Of a stretch of 64,000 bases of DNA, positions 53,210 to 64,000 are shown one piece after another. The notes under the pieces are model-generated. The model made no database searches, was not told the origin of the DNA, and worked only from the letters and a program-made list of their open reading frames with translations. The position numbers and the translations under genes were made by a program. The stretch covers positions 91,854,298-91,918,297 of the forward strand of contig NC_057718.1 in NCBI RefSeq assembly GCF_004010195.1, given 5' to 3'. The stretch is from Chiloscyllium plagiosum. Taxonomy: Eukaryota. Position 1 is the stretch's first letter. Each line of letters starts with the position of its first letter.

Positions 53210-54017
53210 NNNNNNNNNNNNNNNNNNNNNNNNNNNNNNNNNNNNNNNNNNNNNNNNNNNNNNNNNNNNNNNNNNNNNNNNNNNNNNNNNNNNNNNNNNN
53301 NNNNNNNNNNNNNNNNNNNNNNNNNNNNNNNNNNNNNNNNNNNNNNNNNNNNNNNNNNNNNNNNNNNNNNNNNNNNNNNNNNNNNNNNNNNNNNNNNNNN
53401 NNNNNNNNNNNNNNNNNNNNNNNNNNNNNNNNNNNNNNNNNNNNNNNNNNNNNNNNNNNNNNNNNNNNNNNNNNNNNNNNNNNNNNNNNNNNNNNNNNNN
53501 NNNNNNNNNNNNNNNNNNNNNNNNNNNNNNNNNNNNNNNNNNNNNNNNNNNNNNNNNNNNNNNNNNNNNNNNNNNNNNNNNNNNNNNNNNNNNNNNNNNN
53601 NNNNNNNNNNNNNNNNNNNNNNNNNNNNNNNNNNNNNNNNNNNNNNNNNNNNNNNNNNNNNNNNNNNNNNNNNNNNNNNNNNNNNNNNNNNNNNNNNNNN
53701 NNNNNNNNNNNNNNNNNNNNNNNNNNNNNNNNNNNNNNNNNNNNNNNNNNNNNNNNNNNNNNNNNNNNNNNNNNNNNNNNNNNNNNNNNNNNNNNNNNNN
53801 NNNNNNNNNNNNNNNNNNNNNNNNNNNNNNNNNNNNNNNNNNNNNNNNNNNNNNNNNNNNNNNNNNNNNNNNNNNNNNNNNNNNNNNNNNNNNNNNNNNN
53901 NNNNNNNNNNNNNNNNNNNNNNNNNNNNNNNNNNNNNNNNNNNNNNNNNNNNNNNNNNNNNNNNNNNNNNNNNNNNNNNNNNNNNNNNNNNNNNNNNNNN
54001 NNNNNNNNNNNNNNNNN
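53210..54017. other. Assembly gap
   Basis: Run of N. Confidence 1.
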
Positions 54018-54127
54018 TGGCCTATCACCCTCACCTTAACCTCCTTCCACCTATCGTATTCCCAATGCCCCTCCCCCAAGTCCCTCCTCCCTACCTTTTA
54101 TCTTGGCCTGCTTGGCACACCCTCCTC

Positions 54128-54163
54128 ATCCCTGAAGAAGGGCTTATGCCCGAAACGTCGATT
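54128..54163 (+). ncRNA. Minimal hammerhead ribozyme, core intact, weak stem I
   Basis: CUGAAGA A GGGC-UUAU-GCCC GAAA C GUC^ GAUU. Confidence 0.75.
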
Positions 54164-54481
54164 CTCCTGTTCCTTTGATGCTGCCTGACCTGCTGCGCTT
54201 TTCCAGCAACCATTTTTAAGCTCCAATTATCTCAGACTACACAATGATGTTTGCCCCAAACAAAATAAGCAACAGAAGCTATTACAGCATTTGCAATACT
54301 GAGTACAAGATTCAGTGTCAAAAGGTATTTGGACTCAAATCAGTCGATAAATAAACTCATGTTTAGTCAAATATTGAGACAAAAGTTGGTGGCATGTTCT
54401 GCTTTACCAGGTTAGTATTAAATCCAGCATTTCTTTATGCATAATTAAATGATTAAGTTTTTAGCAGAATGTTTTACTCAC

Positions 54482-54620
54482 CAAGTACAGGATTGTAAAG
54501 GTTGGTAAATTTTGTGAAGGATGGAAATAAATGGGAAAGGTAGTACTTCTTAAATAAGGCAAAAAGAAACTTGAAGCCACTTTCTTGTTTTTCTTTATTC
54601 TTCCATTCTAAACTTGCAGC
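54482..54620 (-). CDS. RALGAPA2: RALGAPA2 exon (first in window), [46 protein letters not shown]
   Basis: AG acceptor at 54621-22, GTGAG donor at 54477-81; 139 nt, phase 0->1; matches recalled RALGAPA2 [20 protein letters not shown]. Confidence 0.93.
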
Positions 54621-55669
54621 CTTAAAATTTAAAGCAAAACATTAATTCAATAAAACTAGATAATTAAAAAAAAATATTCCAAGTAATGTTTGTGAAATGT
54701 ATATTTAAACACAAGACACTTATTCATTCTTCTAATTTGTCTTTTCTCCCTTTTTAGATCCTTAACACAGTAAGTTGCTAACCATGAAAGATGTCAAACT
54801 GTCACAAACGTCAAAAAGATTCCATGATCATCGTCTCATATTCATCTTCTGAGAAGAAACTTAACTCCCATTCAGTGCATCTAATTCAGTTTACCACCAC
54901 CTTCTGAAGTGCAACTAATAATGGGAAATAAATGCTGGTCCCGCCAGCAAAGCTCACATACCTTGAATAACAAAAGTGTACCAATCTGCTTTGCAACAAC
55001 TTAACCATGCATGTAAAATGTCAAAATAAGATTTTCAAACATACTGGTATCATTATGCAACACTTTTTCTTCTGTTCCAACTTTTATTGTTTTCAGCAAT
55101 ATGTGTCACAATATAAAATGAACATGAAATAAAATGCGAAACTGTGGAGATACTAGGTTTGAAAATCAACAGCGGGTGACCTCAAAATTCACAGTGGGCA
55201 TGTGCCTTCCAGGAATCACTGTCCATCACTCCAGTGATTTGGGAGAAAATTAACTCACGTGCTTGCAAATGACATGCACTACTAGGTCATTATCTAGAGA
55301 ATGTTATATAAATGAACCTTGAAAGTTCATCACAGGTACAAACATTCACTCTTATTCAGGAGAGAACTACTAGCTGCTCCTTCAAGCCTCCTTTCAAAAG
55401 GAAGCATTAAAACAATTTAAACAATACAACTGCTTTCAACTTTTCAAAAGTCCCGTGTACCACAACTGGTCAACAAACACACTGAGGCTAAACAACTATA
55501 CCACTAATGACGATGCACCGCATCTGTCTTAGATTCTGGGACATGAAAATGGTCCAGCACTGGAGTAGAGGAGAGCAGACACGAATGCACAAGCACTTGC
55601 CCAGAACAAATACTGTATGATCGAGACACAGCATATCCAAGTAATAGCTTTGCTTCTAGCCATTCTAAT

Positions 55670-55977
55670 TACTTAGATTACTTAGTGTGGAAACAGGCCC
55701 TTCGGCCCAACAAGTCCACACCGATCCGCCGAAGCGCAACTCACCCAGACCCATTCCCCTATATTTAGCCCTTCACCTAACACAACAGGCAATTTAGCAT
55801 GGCCAATTCACCTAACCTGCTCACATTTTTGGACTGTGGGAGGAAACCAGAGCACCCAGAGGAAACCCATGCAGACACGGGGAGAATGTGCAAACTCCAC
55901 ACAGTCAGTCGACTGAGGCGGGAATTGAACCCGGATCTCTGGCGCTGAGAGGCAGCAGTGCTAACCACTGTGCTGCC
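55670..55977 (-). mobile_element. HE1-like tRNA-derived SINE
   Basis: Reverse complement closely similar to 28987-29295; ctaat on both flanks. Confidence 0.9.
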
Positions 55978-57726
55978 CTAATCTTCCAAATCTACAATTG
56001 CGATTGGAGCATGTCATATTATCTTTGCTTGTTTCCTATGAACCATATAATTTCCTTGATTTTTGCAGAATACACTATTTTTCATTCAACGTCTCACTCT
56101 AGTTTATAAATTTATATGATACAACAAATATTTCCTCAATCATATATTGTCGCAATTTTAAAAATATATTTTATTAAAAATAGATTTTTTAATATTACAA
56201 ATATAAAACAATACAATTCAAAACAGTACAAAAAACAAGTAAAAAGAACCCAACCCGCCCTCATGTACAAATATATTTATGGAAAAATATAGAATTAAAA
56301 AACTATTAAAATAAATAAATATTAACCAGCAACCAACTAATAAATAGTAATAACTCAACTCAGCCAAACAAGACACCCATATGTTCACAGTTGCTCCTGC
56401 CTGGATATTGGACTCGTAAAACGCAATCATTACAGCTGTATAAATGCCCTTGTTAGTGTGGCAAATAATTCTGTCTCCAAGTATTCCAAGAAGGGCTGCC
56501 ATGTCTTTAAAAAAATTCTCAGTTTTGTGGTGTACTATACTTGTGAAAAAATCCAAGGGAATATGCTCCATAACAATCTTCTGCCAACCCAAAAGGCCTG
56601 GGGGTTTTTTGGATACCCAACCTAGCAAGATGTTCTTTCCTGTGCAAAAAGTGAGGATATTGAAAAGGTTTTTCTTATGAGCTTCTGCAGGGAACACACT
56701 GGGGAGGCCCAGAAGAGGAGAGATTGGGTCCTTCTCCATCCTTACATCCAAAATCCTCCCCATTGCACCCGCCACAGCATTCCAGAATGTTTGAAGCCGA
56801 CCATAAGACCAGAGACAATGGGTAAGAGTGACCGTACAGACCTTGCACTTGGGACATGTTGAAGATACCAGTGGTTTAAATTTTGACAAACGGTCCGGAG
56901 GCAAGTGGATCCTGTGGAGAATCTTCAACCGTAAAGCGTGAGTCCTATTGCAAATTCATATCTTTCTTGCGTTTTCCCAAATATCTTTCCATGCCTCTGG
57001 GGAGACTTCAACATCTAGCTCTCTCTCACACACACCCTGCAGAGTTGATCGAACTCATCTGAGGGGACACCCCCAATTGATGATATAAAGAGCCTACAGA
57101 AAGTGTACTTAGCACTGACCACCCTCCTCGATGTCGGATTTATAGGAATCAGTCAAAAACTGGAGTCGTATTTTGAATAAAAGCCGTAACTTGAAAAAAA
57201 ATGGAAGAGGTCCCCATCAGATAGCTCGTATTTCTGTGCTAACTGACCGAGGGACATCATTGTGTCTCCCTCAAATAAATCGCCCATGCAAAACACATCC
57301 CCAGTTGCTCAACATTTGACTCCTGAATCTATTGTCCCCGGTTGAAAACCCAGCATACCCACTAAAGGTGGAAAAGAAGAGTTTTGCCAATATTGCCTTC
57401 CATTTGCCGAATTGCCCTCCATGCTTGAACAGTATTGATAACTACAGGGTGATGGCAATATTCCCTAACTGTCCTCATTTTTCCCAAAAACAGCAAGCTC
57501 ATAAGGGGGCACCTTGCCTGGAAGGCTTCGCTATCTAAATTGAAAGAGGGTTCCCACAAGCCCAGTCACTCACGCAAGATAAAAAACGAGCTTAGTTGGT
57601 AGCTTTCAATGCATGGAAGGCCCATTCCCCCTAGTCTGTGAGGCAGTTGCAGTTTAGCTAATTTAATGAGGGGCTGCTTACGATGCCAAATAAAGGAACT
57701 GAACCAGCCGTTCAGTCTCCTGAATA

Positions 57727-58606
57727 CAGAGGAAACTCGATTATCCGAATACCAATTCTCCAAAAATCGGATTATCCGAGGAAGATCTCGAGGTCCTGAT
57801 AGAAACATTACATCAAAGACGTGTTTTCAACAGTGATCACGTCTTTTGTTTACAGTGATTAAACAGGCACCATCTCCAAATAACTGTCTGCTCGCTCTCT
57901 CTCCCCACACTTTCCCTGGAGTTCTACAGAGAGGTGTGTACTCTAAACAACTCCACCCCTTCCCCAGATAATCTCACCAAAATTGTCTTGTACAGGGCAG
58001 AGGAGGAACCTGCCAAAGTTGCAGTAAAAAGTTGTGTGCGCGCTATTTGAAGCCTTATCCCACAAAGGCAACTGCAACAGTCTTACTGTTGGTACCCAGT
58101 CCAGCTGCCCCAGACAAGGGGGTGAGTGTCTATGGGGTTGGGGANNNNNNNNNNNNNNNNNNNNNNNNNNNNNNNNNNNNNNNNNNNNNNNNNNNNNNNN
58201 NNNNNNNNNNNNNNNNNNNNNNNNNNNNNNNNNNNNNNNNNNNNNNNNNNNNNNNNNNNNNNNNNNNNNNNNNNNNNNNNNNNNNNNNNNNNNNNNNNNN
58301 NNNNNNNNNNNNNNNNNNNNNNNNNNNNNNNNNNNNNNNNNNNNNNNNNNNNNNNNNNNNNNNNNNNNNNNNNNNNNNNNNNNNNNNNNNNNNNNNNNNN
58401 NNNNNNNNNNNNNNNNNNNNNNNNNNNNNNNNNNNNNNNNGGGGCAGGGGGCGGTGTTGTTGTCGGGGACATGTTGCACGGGAGCGGGGCTCGTGCGCTG
58501 TATGCTGCTGCTAGTCTCCTGAACGGGCAGCTGACTTCAAAAGCTCCGAGCCCCAGGGGAAAGGCTTTTGATCAGTTAACCGAATAATTGATTATCCAAA
58601 CAAAAG
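57727..58606. mobile_element. Tigger-like non-autonomous DNA transposon inside the L1, right TIR missing
   Basis: TA+cagaggaaactcgattatccgaa; same family as the 45099 MITE. Confidence 0.7.
58145..58440. other. Assembly gap
   Basis: Run of N. Confidence 1.
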
Positions 58607-60772
58607 GCATCGAGAAAGGGTTCTTGTTCGGGAGTCATGCCCGGGAACTCCAGATCCTTTTTAAAAAAAATCCCATTTTGGCCTGCCCTCCTCAGCCCTC
58701 AGATTGGCATAACAGAGTAAAATCTCTGGAATGCCACATTAATCTTTTGGAGTCACATGTTAGGTTTCCAGATCATTCCCTAATCACCGTAATAGCTTGT
58801 GGGGCACTCCTTTTCCTGGTGAGATATGCAAAGTATTTGCTTGGCCGGTTACCATGCTCACATAACCTTTGCGTTGCAAAGGTAAGCTCCATCTTTGCTG
58901 TCTGCACAGAATTCAATGCAGACCACAGTGCCATAATCCTTTGTAGCTTGACCAACGAGGGCCTATCAAAGTAAGCCTTCTCGGGTGCCTTCAACCATGC
59001 TTCGAGAAGATGTTGCTGCTCACCCTTCTGCCGCTTCTTACTAGCAGAGTAGAAAATAACTCATCCTCTGGCATAGGCTTTCACAGTTTTGCAAAGGACG
59101 GATGGCCTATTAACCGAGCCTGAGTTAATGTCTAGGAATGCCCAAAATTCCCTAGAGAAATGCTCCACAAACTTCTTATCCTTGAGAATAAAGGGATCCA
59201 TTCGCTAGTGCCTCGAACCCACTGTAACATCCTTAATCTTGACCAACAGGTACACTGCAGCATGATCAGAGATGGTAATATTACCAATTGCACAAGATAC
59301 TACTAGGTCTAGGGTTGCCACAGGGATCAGAAAAAAAATCAATCAATCCTGGTGTGACATCTGTGCAGATTGGAAAAACATGTGAAATCCCTGCCTATAG
59401 GGAGGAGACGCCTCCAGACATCCACCAACCCACATTCCACACACAGATCCACTAATTGTTTAGAGGGTATAGAGGGGTCTCTGGGCAACCTGTCTACTGT
59501 GGGATCCATGAGACAATTGAAATCCCTCCCCCCCCTATAATGATACGCCGAGACTCGAGACTGAACAGTATAGAAAACGCATCTACCAAAAATTTGAGGG
59601 GATGAGCTGTGGGGCAATAAACATTTAAAACACCATATTCTTCCCCATTTATCAAGACTTTAAGAATTACAAACCTCCCGTGTGTCTTTAACATATTATA
59701 GTAACTTAAATGGGAGATTCCTCCTAACCAATATAGCCACTCCTCTACTTCTGGTATTAAATAATGAAGAGTAAACCCAATCAAAGCCATTCTGCTGTAG
59801 TTTCAAAGCTCCCTATCATCCAAGTGTGACTCCTGTAACAAAGCAATATCCATCTGCTCCTTTCTAAGACTCAAAAGTACCTTCTTCCTCTTAATTGATG
59901 AGTGACTTCCCTTGATGTTCCAGATACACCATATAATCAAGTCATTAGCCATAACCTTCTGCAGCAACATTTAAATTCCAGAGGAGGAACTCGAACCACA
60001 AATCGCTGTGCCTCAGTGTCACATGATCCATCGAACATAAAAACTATATAAACTAAAACCACTACATTTAACAAACGTACAAAACTATCGAAGATTAAAA
60101 ACAACAAAAACCAAAAAACAAACCAACATATAAAGAGCCAACAGCTCTGAATAGGGGAAATCACCCGGTGCTCAAAAGGGCACATACCTATCCCAAACTG
60201 CCCATAAGTAGGCATTCTAGCTATCCCAACCATTTTCCCTCCTCCTAGCTAGAGCCGCACCGCAAACACAAGCGGAAAAGAAAGTAAATACATCATAGAA
60301 TAGCAATATGAATAAAGAAAAAACATTTTTTAAGGGAAAAAAAGTAAATATCCCACCCATCCTCTGGTATAACTTAACCTAGAAATTGAAAGTACACCTA
60401 TCAACTGCCCCCAAACATAGTTTAAGCCAAATTATTACCAGTAGGAAAAAAAAGGAACTGAAAGCTCCAACTGGACTTCCTTTGCTTTTTAAAAAAAAAT
60501 AAAGACATAGCCAAACAACGCTACTATTTGTACGTAATAAATTGTTCAGATTAGGCTAATTTGTCCACAAAGTGTCTTGCCTTCTCCGATGTGTCAAAGA
60601 GATGTACGGATCCATCCAAGGTTATCCATAGCACCACCGGATGCCTCAGAGAGTAATGAATCCTAAAGCTCTCCCAGTCCTCAACAAAAAGCATGGACCA
60701 GGTTTTTGTTATCAACAAGAATTACTCTTTATTGTAAGTAAATAGACTCTAGCCACACAAAAGTTATGAATG

Positions 60773-60774
<2 letters not shown>

Positions 60775-60808
<34 letters not shown>
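60775..60808. repeat. (AC)n microsatellite
   Basis: Perfect dinucleotide run. Confidence 0.98.
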
Positions 60809-60812
<4 letters not shown>

Positions 60813-62280
60813 CATGGGTGTTGCGGATGGAAGGAAAGTTGTTCATTCGTCTCCGTTGACACAATCTGTTGTGATGGTTCTTGTGCTGATCAGAATGCTG
60901 CTTCTTATTCTTCCTTCTCTGGATGTTTTTACTGGTTTAAAGGTGGGACAGTGGACCAGTTCATGTTTACAGAAAAGTCCCGGAAATGTTAACTACAATT
61001 TAAAGCTGACAACAACTGCTGGAGGGAAATTAAACTGATTTTCTTCAGGCTTTTACTGTGGTGAACACACACAGCTACTGAGCTGGAGATCTGAAAGCTT
61101 CTCCTTATCTTGTTCACAGCCCCTCGACAGTTCCCACATTCATATCATTCAGTTAGAAATGAAAGGTAGTATATATCAAGATATTGATAAATGAATAATG
61201 GATGTTCTATTTTACTGATTTACTTACTGAACATATTTTGTAAAGGACAGAAAAGGTGAGGCACAACAAAAAGACATCCACATTTACATTACATAATACA
61301 TGAATATAGATCAAATGTGTCAGACAATATTATGTTCTGCACCCACTTCAAAACAAAGCAGGGTAAATAGTCATATGGCTCATTTACTATTTGTGGAACC
61401 TTGCTATCTGCAAAGTGGTGCTGTATTTGCCTATTAATGACAATCATTACAAATCAAAAATGATTGCAGAACACTTTTTGAACACCTGAGGACTTGCAGT
61501 ATACTTAATAAAATGTGTTATATCCTCAGGATAAGAAAGCAAAAATAAAAAAAAACTGAGTTTCAGCTTATAATTGCTAATCAGTAACTTTTGCTGGAAA
61601 GTACTTGTGCATGGACATTGGATGGGCCAAGGGAAAGAGTCAAACATTCTATTACCAGCTTTTTGCAGGAAAATTTTATTTATGACTTACTACAATGTCA
61701 CTGTCTATTGAATTGTTTCCTACTAGGAACCAGCACTTTGAACAGCAGAACAGAGAACAGTAACCTAATACACTTTAAAATTCTCTCAACAACACATTTC
61801 CTGAAACAGCAGATGTACAAAATAAAGGACACTTCTACCAATTTGAAGAAGACATTGATTTAGTATATGTCACTGATTGGTAATCCAGGCTCATGTGACA
61901 GGAACATAGGTTCAATCTCACCATTGCAGCACATGGTATTTAACATCAAGTATTAAATCAAGAACATGAAGCTTGACTCAGTCACAGTGACCAACTGCCT
62001 TTGAAATAACCTAATTCACACAAGTTCTTTAGGGAAAGAACTGGTCTCCATGTCTGGTGTATACATTACTCAAACTGTTGATTCTTAATTGGTATCTTGG
62101 GCGGATTAGTGCCTCAGTGGTTAGCACTGCTGCCTCACCGCGCCAGGGACCCGGGTTCGGTTCCAGCCTCGGGCAACTGTCCGTGTGGAGTTTGCACACC
62201 CTCCCAGTGTGTGCGGGGGTTTCCTCTGGGATCTCCGGTTTCCTCCCACAGTCCAAAGATGTGCAGGTTAGGTGAATTGG

Positions 62281-63614
62281 ACTGAAATTATTATCACGTG
62301 TGAAAAGCTTTGCCTTATGAGCAATACAGGCAGATCACAGAGTTAAATAGCATAGATAAGTAAATAATATGTAAACAGCAGTAAAAACAAAAATACAGGT
62401 ACAAGCAAATGTTAAGAGTTTGAGAGTCCATTCAGTATTCTAAAAAGAGTAGGGTAGAAACTGTTATGAAACCGGCTGGTGCACGTGTTCAGGCTTCTGC
62501 ACCTTCTCCCCAATGATAGAGGTTGTAGAAAAGCATTGCCAGGATGAAAGCAAATTACTGCGGATGCTGGAATCTGAAACCAAAAGAGAAAATGCTGGAA
62601 AATCTCAGCAGGTCTGGTAGCATCTGTAAGGAGAGAAAAGAGCTGACGTTTCGAGTCTAACTGATCCTTTGCCATTACTAGGGTGGGATTGATCTTTGTG
62701 AATGCTGGCGGCCTTTCCTTGACAGCAGGCTGGTAGATGGATTCTGTAAATGGGAGGTTGGCCTTTGTGATTGTCCGGGCCGAGTTCACCACTCTGTGTG
62801 ACTGTCTCCGATCCTAAACGGTACAGTTGCCATACCAAGTAGTGACACATCCAGACCGAATGCTCTCAATGGCACACCTATGAAAGTTGGCAAGGGTATT
62901 CACCGTCATGCCAAATTTCCTCAGCTGCCTGAGGAAGAGGAGACGTTGTTGGGCCTTTGTAACCAGTGGGTCCACATGAGGAGTTCAAGAAAGCCTGTTG
63001 TGGATGACCATTCCCAGGAGCTTGACACTCTCCACTCATTCTATCTCTGTGCTCTTAATGTATAAGGGGGCATGAGTAACATCCCACAGAAAGTCAATAA
63101 TGAATTCCTTGGTTTTGCCAGCACTGAGAGCGAGATTGTTCTCAGTGCACCATTTTTCTAGGTCTTCCACCTCCTCAGGTCATCAGCGAACTTGTAAATG
63201 GCATTAGTCTATATTTGGTGACGCAGTCATGGATATACAGTGAGTACAGTAGGAGGCTGAGTACGCGCCCCTGGGGGGCTCCAGCGTTGGGTCTTAGTGA
63301 GGATGAAATATTGTCCCCAATCTTCACTGACTGTGGCCTGTGGGTCAGGAAACAGAGGATCCAGTTGCAGAGAGTGGGGCGAAGTTTGAGATCACTAAGT
63401 TTACTAATCAGTCTCGAGGAGATGATAGTGTTGAAGGCTGAACTGTAGTCAATGAGAAGGATTCTTATGTAGCTGTTCTTGGTGTCAAGATGTTCTAGGG
63501 AGGAGTGCAGGGTAAGTGATACGGCATCTGACGTGGATCTGTTGGTCTGATAGGCAAATTGGAGTGGGTCAAGAGTAGTGGGGAGGCTGGAGTTGATTAA
63601 TGCCATAACTTGCC
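62281..63614 (-). mobile_element. Rex1/Babar-type LINE, RT and 3' fragment
   Basis: LDPLQFAY..RSTSDAV..LIDYSSAFNTI..GAPQG..LYSLYIHDC. Confidence 0.9.
62547..62671 (-). mobile_element. Penelope-like 3' end nested in the Rex1 element
   Basis: ctgcggatgctggaatctg...gacgtttcgagtc (half hammerhead); imperfect flanking duplication cattgccaggatg/cattactagggtg. Confidence 0.75.
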
Positions 63615-64000
63615 GTGAGTTGGCCATGCTAAATTGTCCATAGAGATTGGTGCATTAGTCAGAGGGAAATGGGTTTGGGTGGGTTACTCTTCAGAGGGTC
63701 GGTGTGGACTTGTTGGGCCAAAGGGCCCGTTTCCACACTGGAGGGAATCTAATCTAATCTAATCTTGCCAGGGACACCCGGATCTCATGAAAAAGAACAA
63801 AAAACATCTTTAAAACAGAAACATTTTATATTTATGCAGCACTTCTACAATCTCAAGACGCTCAAAGCACTTCATAACCCATCCAGTACTTTTAAAATAT
63901 AAGACTGAATTTAATGGATTACTGTCATCCAATAAAGGCCTATTCGGATGCACAATGCCCATCAGGTTTAACACTACAAGCTGCCAGTGAAAGGGTGGTG

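Larger units (their letters stand above)
52870..54223 (+). mobile_element. Penelope-like element, 3' part spanning an N-gap
   Basis: ...DRTPLVLTY...PGTFPCNR RT-to-EN linker; PLE 3' end with hammerhead after the gap. Confidence 0.85.
56160..60680 (-). mobile_element. L1/Tx1-like LINE remnant (ORF1 tail, APE endonuclease, C-terminal Cys motif); RT region missing
   Basis: WNIKGS..KRKKV..LLQESHL near 59930, LNVYCP, DFNCLMD, LVDVWR, TRID, CPKCK...HCLW; A/T-rich 3' end near 56160. Confidence 0.85.
62099..63765 (+). mobile_element. HE1-like SINE split in two (62099-62280 and 63615-63765) by a Rex1 insertion
   Basis: Halves are contiguous relative to intact copies; gtga(a/g)ttgg is duplicated at the break. 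Confidence 0.85.

Noticed and set aside
52813..54188. Long ORFs of 323-438 aa
   Set aside because: Artefacts of translating through the N-gap; the flanks are PLE sequence
754..54620. Assignment to RALGAPA1
   Set aside because: Most diagnostic exon sequences match recalled RALGAPA2; only the 754-912 exon and the intronic fossil are alpha1-like
57943..58587. Cluster of 129-178 aa ORFs
   Set aside because: Also N-gap artefacts
61447..61647. YPEDIT resembling the recalled upstream RALGAPA2 sequence YPEEIT
   Set aside because: Similarity does not continue, and the region looks like an old SINE tail; the true upstream exon was not found in the window

Overview
Eukaryotic, AT-rich, repeat-dense genomic DNA from a cartilaginous fish (shark-type HE1-like SINEs, CR1 LINEs). 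The whole window lies inside one minus-strand gene, RALGAPA2 (Ral GTPase-activating protein alpha-2). I traced 15 GT-AG exons (54620 down to 754; 2377 nt, about 792 codons) that splice in one continuous frame. The start codon and the C-terminal GAP domain lie outside the window. The introns are a mosaic of tRNA-derived SINEs, CR1/L2/Rex1/L1-like LINE fragments, two solo LTRs, MITEs and many Penelope-like element (PLE) pieces. Most noteworthy: (1) minimal hammerhead ribozymes in at least four PLE families, four copies with intact catalytic cores, one on the host sense strand; (2) a decayed coding-like stretch in one intron whose end resembles the giant alternative exon I recall from RALGAPA1; (3) an ORF1-less LINE sharing both its 5' region and its 3' tail with a SINE; (4) a four-layer nested insertion; (5) a candidate poison microexon. 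Protein homologies and repeat family names are from memory, not from database searches. TE boundaries without TSDs are approximate. Two assembly N-gaps are present.
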